Below, one piece after another: positions 58,758-64,000 of a stretch of DNA of 64,000 bases. The notes beneath the pieces are model-generated. The model was not told the origin of the DNA and ran no database searches. It worked only from the letters and a program-made list of their open reading frames with translations. The position numbers and the translations under genes were made by a program. The stretch spans positions 288,001 through 352,000 of the forward strand of contig CAXXYH010000004.1 in NCBI GenBank assembly GCA_963677925.2, read 5' to 3'. The stretch is from Spirochaetia bacterium (GTDB taxonomy: Bacteria; Spirochaetota; Spirochaetia; UBA9216). Within the stretch, counting starts at the first letter, position 1; each line of letters starts with the position of its first letter.

Positions 58758-59699
58758 ATGAATAAAACTCTGTTACTGCCTTTTAAATTTATTCTAATTT
58801 TCGTTATCAGTATGGCAGTCTTATGCCTTTTTATAATACTTCAGCGCTGGGGGATTAATGCATCTCCTGATATTAACTTTCGTATAAACCTTATTTATTA
58901 CCTTCCCGGAGCGCTGAAAAGCAGTCTTTTTCCCAGCCTATCAACTGCAGTAATTCTTACAGTTTTTGACGACCCAAAGAACAGCGGCAGGTTTTTATCC
59001 ATTATAATAATAGCCGTTTTGTCATTTATTATATTATTTTTCGGGTTTAAAACAATTTCTCTTATTCAGGAATCTTCCGCCGGATACAGTTATCAGCCGC
59101 TTCAGGCCGGTAAATTGCTGAGCACTGAGGACGGAATTATCTATACTTCATCTGTTTCCGACAATGGTTATTCTGGTGTCATAACAAGAAAACCCGGTCC
59201 GCTGAACCTTTTTCAATACTATCAGTCCGGCTATATTAATCCGGAAAATATTGAAAATATCATCCTTGATAACAGCTCTTTTTTTAAGATTGAACCCAGG
59301 AATCCTGAATATAACACTGTTTTTAAATCAAGAGGTCTTTTAAATCAGTACTTTAGCGATATCGAGTTTGTGACTGAATCTATTTATAAAACGGAAAGTA
59401 CAGGCAATAAAGATCTTATATTTATATCTGCAGCTTTCAGCTTATTTTTAGCCGTATGCCTGCTTTTTCTTAATATTACCATCTGGCCGATGTTTAATAT
59501 TATGCTGATTCTGTTTATCCATCGAATGGGATATTATATCTTCAGACTGTTTACATCTGAACTGGATTTTATTACTGACACATTTTTCGGCGGTAACATC
59601 CCTTTTAATCTTCCGCTGATGACAATACTGGCAATAACTGTACTTATTTTGATAGTCGGCGTTTTGTTCAGACCATATAGAAAAAAGAGGGACAACTGA
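58758..59699 (+). CDS. Hypothetical membrane protein (3 TM-soluble loop-3 TM)
   Basis: Hydrophobicity pattern; own promoter TTGCAA-17-TAAAAT. Confidence 0.65.
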   Translation: MNKTLLLPFKFILIFVISMAVLCLFIILQRWGINASPDINFRINLIYYLPGALKSSLFPSLSTAVILTVFDDPKNSGRFLSIIIIAVLSFIILFFGFKTISLIQESSAGYSYQPLQAGKLLSTEDGIIYTSSVSDNGYSGVITRKPGPLNLFQYYQSGYINPENIENIILDNSSFFKIEPRNPEYNTVFKSRGLLNQYFSDIEFVTESIYKTESTGNKDLIFISAAFSLFLAVCLLFLNITIWPMFNIMLILFIHRMGYYIFRLFTSELDFITDTFFGGNIPFNLPLMTILAITVLILIVGVLFRPYRKKRDN

Positions 59700-59700
59700 T

Positions 59701-61419
59701 ATGAAAATGTCGCTTCCTAAACGCTTTCTTATTATCAGTATTGCCTGCTATGCAGCTGCATTTATTCTTTTAATCGGCGTCAGCTTTTTCCAGTTTGCTC
59801 CGAAAGAAATTGATACAAGCTTTCGAACAGTATGGGTTTTCAATAACAGTCTGCTTCTGTTCTTTAATAATCTGATCTCTATACAGGGTCTTGCAGTACT
59901 GCTTACTTTTTCAGTCTTCTACCCCACCGGTGAATACGGAATAAAAGCCCTTACTTTAAAAGCATTTAATCAGACTATTACAATAATTATTGTGATCCTG
60001 CTCTGTTTTACCGCATTATTTTTTACCGGTAATGAAATATTCAAACCCGGAATATATTCAAGACTTGATCTGCTGAAAATACAGACTGAAACCAGCAGAA
60101 CCTACTATGAACAGGCTTTAAAATACCGTGAAGCTGACGAACTTGTAAAAGCAAGGGAGATGATTGAAAGATTTCTAGCTGTAAAACCGGAGGACCCCGC
60201 CGGAGAGGAACTCTATGAAGATATCACCGAAAGGATAAATATACAGTTTGCGGAATCATCAGATGAATATACAGCAAGACCCGGAACAATCGAAACATCT
60301 GAATTGACTTACGAGCAGGCTGTTCTGCTGGCAAGAAATTACCTGAAGAAGGATGATTACTACTCAGCCTACTACTATGCGTCTATTGCTTCAGGCTTAT
60401 CAAACTCTTCAAAAGAAGCAAAAGAACTTTCTGCACAGGCTTGGATTGGCCTTTCTGATGATGCTCCCGACAGAGAAGAAGAAGATGAATACCTCCTTTT
60501 CAGCCGGAAAAAACATGGTGCTGAACTTCTCCTCAGCGGAAGGTCTATCGATGCATATTATCTGTATAAGGAACTTTCAGTTGATTATCCAAACGATCCG
60601 GACGTAAACAAATATTTAAGAGAAAGCCTGTCCGCCGCTGTTAAACTCACATATTTCATAGATGATGCAGCAACTGCACTGAAATTTCCCGGAATAAACG
60701 ATATCTGTTTTATTAATTTAAGTGACGAAACAGAAAAAGAAATTGTTTATATTGAAAAAATGGTCAGGACCGCGGAGGGGATATTCTATAAAGGTATAGA
60801 AGTCCTCGATTTTAAACATGGCACCGGAATTACAGGACACTTCACTGCGCTTTACGGTAAGGCAGTCGGGGATCATATAGTCCTGAACGGTATAGACAGG
60901 GAAAATCCAAATATAAGAGTTTATCCTGAGTACCTGGTAACTGATAAAATGCCGGAGATGTATAACACACTTAAGCTCTACCCCGCGCCCGAGCAGCTTC
61001 GAGGCTTAAGCGCCGATAAGAACATCTATAAGAAGCTGAATCTGCCTGAGCTTCTGGAATTCGAAAAAACGGTCGGCAGCTACGGCTGGAATTCTCAGCA
61101 GATATATTTTGAAATTTTCACACGAATCCTTAATCCCTGCGGTTTTCTGCTATTCTCTTTCTTAATGATCGCACTCGGCTGGAAGTACAGACGGGCACAG
61201 CGGAAATTCCCTCTTGCATCGTTTATACTGCTGCCGATAACAGTTTATATCACCTACCTGGCAGCTGAAACTTATACTTTCACTATAAACACTATCGGAG
61301 CCTTCATGCTGCTTAGGTTCGGCAGCACCTTTTCGATAGCGCTGACGGCGGTCAGCCAGGTTCTTCTGCTTTTAATCACATTCCTGATGATTTCCGGACT
61401 TAACTTAAAGGATGATTAA
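59701..61419 (+). CDS. Hypothetical membrane protein with TPR-like loop (possibly LptF/G-like)
   Basis: 3 TM, helical repeats, beta-rich region, then FEIFTRILNP + 3 TM. Confidence 0.6.
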   Translation: MKMSLPKRFLIISIACYAAAFILLIGVSFFQFAPKEIDTSFRTVWVFNNSLLLFFNNLISIQGLAVLLTFSVFYPTGEYGIKALTLKAFNQTITIIIVILLCFTALFFTGNEIFKPGIYSRLDLLKIQTETSRTYYEQALKYREADELVKAREMIERFLAVKPEDPAGEELYEDITERINIQFAESSDEYTARPGTIETSELTYEQAVLLARNYLKKDDYYSAYYYASIASGLSNSSKEAKELSAQAWIGLSDDAPDREEEDEYLLFSRKKHGAELLLSGRSIDAYYLYKELSVDYPNDPDVNKYLRESLSAAVKLTYFIDDAATALKFPGINDICFINLSDETEKEIVYIEKMVRTAEGIFYKGIEVLDFKHGTGITGHFTALYGKAVGDHIVLNGIDRENPNIRVYPEYLVTDKMPEMYNTLKLYPAPEQLRGLSADKNIYKKLNLPELLEFEKTVGSYGWNSQQIYFEIFTRILNPCGFLLFSFLMIALGWKYRRAQRKFPLASFILLPITVYITYLAAETYTFTINTIGAFMLLRFGSTFSIALTAVSQVLLLLITFLMISGLNLKDD

Positions 61420-62176
61420 CTCTCTGCTTAAAAAGCATATTCTCAAAATTGTGCTGCCTCTAATCGGCCTTATCGCAGGACTGGGAATCTTTGGAATAGT
61501 TTTCGGCCTGATAGCCGGAATCTTTCTGGACAAATTATTATCCGGCCTGATACAGAAAAACCGGATACTGCAGCAGTACAACCGGATAAACCCTGATTCG
61601 GATTATGATGATGAAACCCTGAGACTGTCAGCATCCTATGTATTATGGGCTGTTTACAGCTACAGCGGAATTCCTGATTCAGTCATTCAATACAGCACCA
61701 GGGAAATGTCGGATGGAATATCAATTGATGCAATTCATAATCTCGAAACACTCAAACACAAACTCAACGATGAACAGAGCCTGCAGATTGCTGAATATTT
61801 CGGAACCCACGCAGATAAGGCCCTCAAACGAACGATTGTGGAACATCTGGGAAACGCCGGTTGGGCAAGTGTAATCACAAGAGCCCCTTCGGTAAATAAA
61901 TCAAATATGGTTCTTAAAATAATTCATCTTGCAGGGTTAGGCAAACTGATTCTTGAGAGTCAGAACAGCGACAAAATCGAGGATGACTATCTTATACTCG
62001 GACTATCACCTGATGCGGGCTGTGCTGAGATAAAGAAGGTCTACCACAGATTGGCAACAGAGTTTCATCCTGATAACAGCCACGGACTGACCGAGGCTGA
62101 AACCGAATTGAAAACTAAAGCTTTTATAAGGATAAAAGAAGCCTGTGACAGGCTTCTTGAAATATGCGAAGATTAG
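61412..62176 (+). CDS. DjlA-like membrane-anchored J-domain co-chaperone
   Basis: N-terminal Gly-rich TM; DYLILGL...IKKVYHRLATEFHPD. Confidence 0.82.
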   Translation: MINSLLKKHILKIVLPLIGLIAGLGIFGIVFGLIAGIFLDKLLSGLIQKNRILQQYNRINPDSDYDDETLRLSASYVLWAVYSYSGIPDSVIQYSTREMSDGISIDAIHNLETLKHKLNDEQSLQIAEYFGTHADKALKRTIVEHLGNAGWASVITRAPSVNKSNMVLKIIHLAGLGKLILESQNSDKIEDDYLILGLSPDAGCAEIKKVYHRLATEFHPDNSHGLTEAETELKTKAFIRIKEACDRLLEICED

Positions 62177-62201
62177 CTGAGGCTTAATTTTCTTTAAACG
62201 G

Positions 62202-63482
62202 TTAATTATCAACCCGCTGAATACGCGCACCGAGAGATTTTAGCCTCTTGCACAGCTTTTCATAGCCGCGCTCAATCTGGTAGACATTTCCGATAACGCT
62301 CTGGCCCTCTGCACAAAGGGCTGCTATTACCATTGCCATACCGGCACGGACATCCGGAGAAACCAGATATGAAGCTTTTAGCCGTGAGGGCCCGCTAACA
62401 ACAGCCCTGTGCGGATCACAGAGTATGATTCTGGCACCCATGCCGATAAGCTTATCTACAAAAAACATTCGTGACTCAAACATCTTCTCATGAATGAGGA
62501 TTGTTCCGTCCACCTGGGTTGCAACTACCGTCATTATACTTGTTAAATCAGCCGGAAAACCGGGCCAGGGAGCATCGTCTATCTTTGGTATCATGCCGCC
62601 CATATCCGGGACGACCTTTAGATCAAGCCCCTTGGGAATATGGATATCAGAACCGTCGGTTTCCCAGTGGATTCCCATTTTGGCAAAACCGAGCTTCGTC
62701 ATTCTGAGATGTTCAGGAGCCGCTTTTTTTATCGTAAGCTCTCCCCTTGTAACAGCAGCAAGACCGATAAAAGAGCCGACTTCCATAAAATCGGAGCCTA
62801 TGTCGAACTGAGCACCGTGAAGCTTGCGTACACCCTCTATATAAAGGACATTCGAGCCGATCCCGGTAATATCAGCACCCATTGCATTGAGCATATTGCA
62901 GAGATCCTGGACGTGCGGCTCAGAGGCGGCATTGCGGATAATACTTTTTCCCTTAGCCATAACGGCAGCCATAATTGCATTCTCAGTTGCTGTTACCGAA
63001 GCCTCATCGAGGAAGATATCCTCTCCGACCAGCTTATTTGCAACTAGTTTAAACACACCGTCAATCTCAACACGGGCTCCAAGTTCGGTAAAAGCCATAA
63101 AGTGAGTGTCGAGTCTTCTGCGGCCTATGACATCTCCCCCCGGCGGAGGCAGAATGACCTTTCCGGTTCGTGCAAGCAGAGGCCCTGCAAATAAAATGGA
63201 AGCGCGGATAGATCTGGCCTTCTCAGGCGGGATTTCGCTTTTAGAAATATTTTGAGTCTTAACCCTATACCGGCCGTGTGCGTCTTCCTTGACATCGGCG
63301 CCCAGATCGGCAAGAATCTCTAGCATTACCCTTACATCTTCAATATCAGGAAGATTTCCCAGCAGGATTTCTTCATCTGTAAGCAGACAGGCGGCTATGC
63401 ACGGCAGTGCCGCATTCTTGTTTCCGCTTGCTGTAATTTCTCCGTTTATAGGAAAACTTCCGTCTATAATATATTTACTCAA
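62202..63482 (-). CDS. murA: UDP-N-acetylglucosamine 1-carboxyvinyltransferase
   Basis: SGNKNAALP, RASIL, PGGDVIGRR, SVTATEN, PWPGFPAD, IERGYE. Confidence 0.97.
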   Translation of the reverse strand: MSKYIIDGSFPINGEITASGNKNAALPCIAACLLTDEEILLGNLPDIEDVRVMLEILADLGADVKEDAHGRYRVKTQNISKSEIPPEKARSIRASILFAGPLLARTGKVILPPPGGDVIGRRRLDTHFMAFTELGARVEIDGVFKLVANKLVGEDIFLDEASVTATENAIMAAVMAKGKSIIRNAASEPHVQDLCNMLNAMGADITGIGSNVLYIEGVRKLHGAQFDIGSDFMEVGSFIGLAAVTRGELTIKKAAPEHLRMTKLGFAKMGIHWETDGSDIHIPKGLDLKVVPDMGGMIPKIDDAPWPGFPADLTSIMTVVATQVDGTILIHEKMFESRMFFVDKLIGMGARIILCDPHRAVVSGPSRLKASYLVSPDVRAGMAMVIAALCAEGQSVIGNVYQIERGYEKLCKRLKSLGARIQRVDN

Positions 63483-63500
63483 AAAATTAACTCCTGAATG

Positions 63501-63998
63501 CTATTGTCCCGGACAGAAACAAAACTGATTCTGCTGAAAGGGATTTTTGTTCATTTTCAAATTCGCAAGACAAATACGACTCTGGCCGTCTGCTGTAAAC
63601 CTGACAGAAACCCTGTGGTTGAAATTACCGCGATCAGCGTAGGAAAATGGAGTCTCCATAATTTCAGGAAAAATTACCCCAGAAAATCCGTCTCGATCGA
63701 AAAAATTATCTTCTCCCCACTCTTGACTATCGGCAGGTTTAAAAATCTTTTCAAGGATTTCATGGTCTTTATAACCTTCAGCCCTAAGCTTATCCAGATA
63801 TTCAGCCTCAACAGCCATATCGAGAAATCCTGAATAATCTCCGGACCATAAAAGAGCTGAACACCTGTCAAAAAAAGATTTCAGATTTCTGACGATATTT
63901 GTATTTCTGTATTCTGTAAATTCCCTGCTGTTCCATTTATACCAGGTAAGAAAGGTTTCAAATCCTGTACCTTCCTCAAAGCCCTGTTCATGAACAAC
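63501..63998 (-). CDS. Hypothetical protein, 5' end outside window
   Basis: Open frame from window edge: VVHEQGFEEGTGFETFLTWYKW...KSFFDRCSALLWSGDYSGFLDMAVEAE...FCPGQ. Confidence 0.7.
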   Translation of the reverse strand, partial: VVHEQGFEEGTGFETFLTWYKWNSREFTEYRNTNIVRNLKSFFDRCSALLWSGDYSGFLDMAVEAEYLDKLRAEGYKDHEILEKIFKPADSQEWGEDNFFDRDGFSGVIFPEIMETPFSYADRGNFNHRVSVRFTADGQSRICLANLKMNKNPFQQNQFCFCPGQ

Positions 63999-64000
63999 AA

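Noticed and set aside
1070-63833. Numerous 60-180 aa antisense or overlapping ORFs in the track
   Set aside because: They lie within well-supported genes on the other strand or frame and have no recognisable motifs
63501-64000. Apparent frameshifted gene (ORFs 63501-63818 and 63674-63871) around an A7 run
   Set aside because: Manual translation shows one continuous frame from the window edge through KSFFDRCS into MAVEAE; the second ORF is a shadow
1-64000. CRISPR array, IS element, anti-phage defence or toxin-antitoxin genes
   Set aside because: No regularly spaced repeats, transposase or recognisable defence domains seen; intergenic gaps are short

Overview
Gene-dense chromosomal window, most likely from a free-living spirochaete (Spirochaetales). 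This is inferred from DUF2259, FapA, spirochaete-type PilZ and STAS-Zn-ribbon proteins and a MurA with Asp at the fosfomycin-target Cys. No CRISPR array, rRNA, transposase or prophage is visible. It carries tRNA-Ala(CGC) followed by a structured GC-rich element that ends in a copy of the tRNA 3' end, and a split chemosensory locus (mcp-cheW facing STAS-cheA-cheR-cheB-atypical MCP-cheY-cheD). It also holds two ECF sigma/anti-sigma pairs, trxB, thyA-DGC-folA, ktrAB, an ABC exporter pair, pth, a Fur-boxed fur-nifX-like-mrp operon, an RpoS-like sigma, lgt, fapA, ctpA, rsmE, an HTH-less sigma54 activator and murA. The best candidate for an undescribed system is the four-gene cluster at 29210-34086: an atypical enolase-superfamily enzyme, a TtcA-like PP-loop enzyme, a V4R/HNOB-like sensor-GAF-HD-GYP phosphodiesterase and an LpxL-like acyltransferase. 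It reads like a small-molecule (possibly acylated) signal synthesis-and-sensing module wired to c-di-GMP. All functional calls come from motifs read by eye; no database searches were run.
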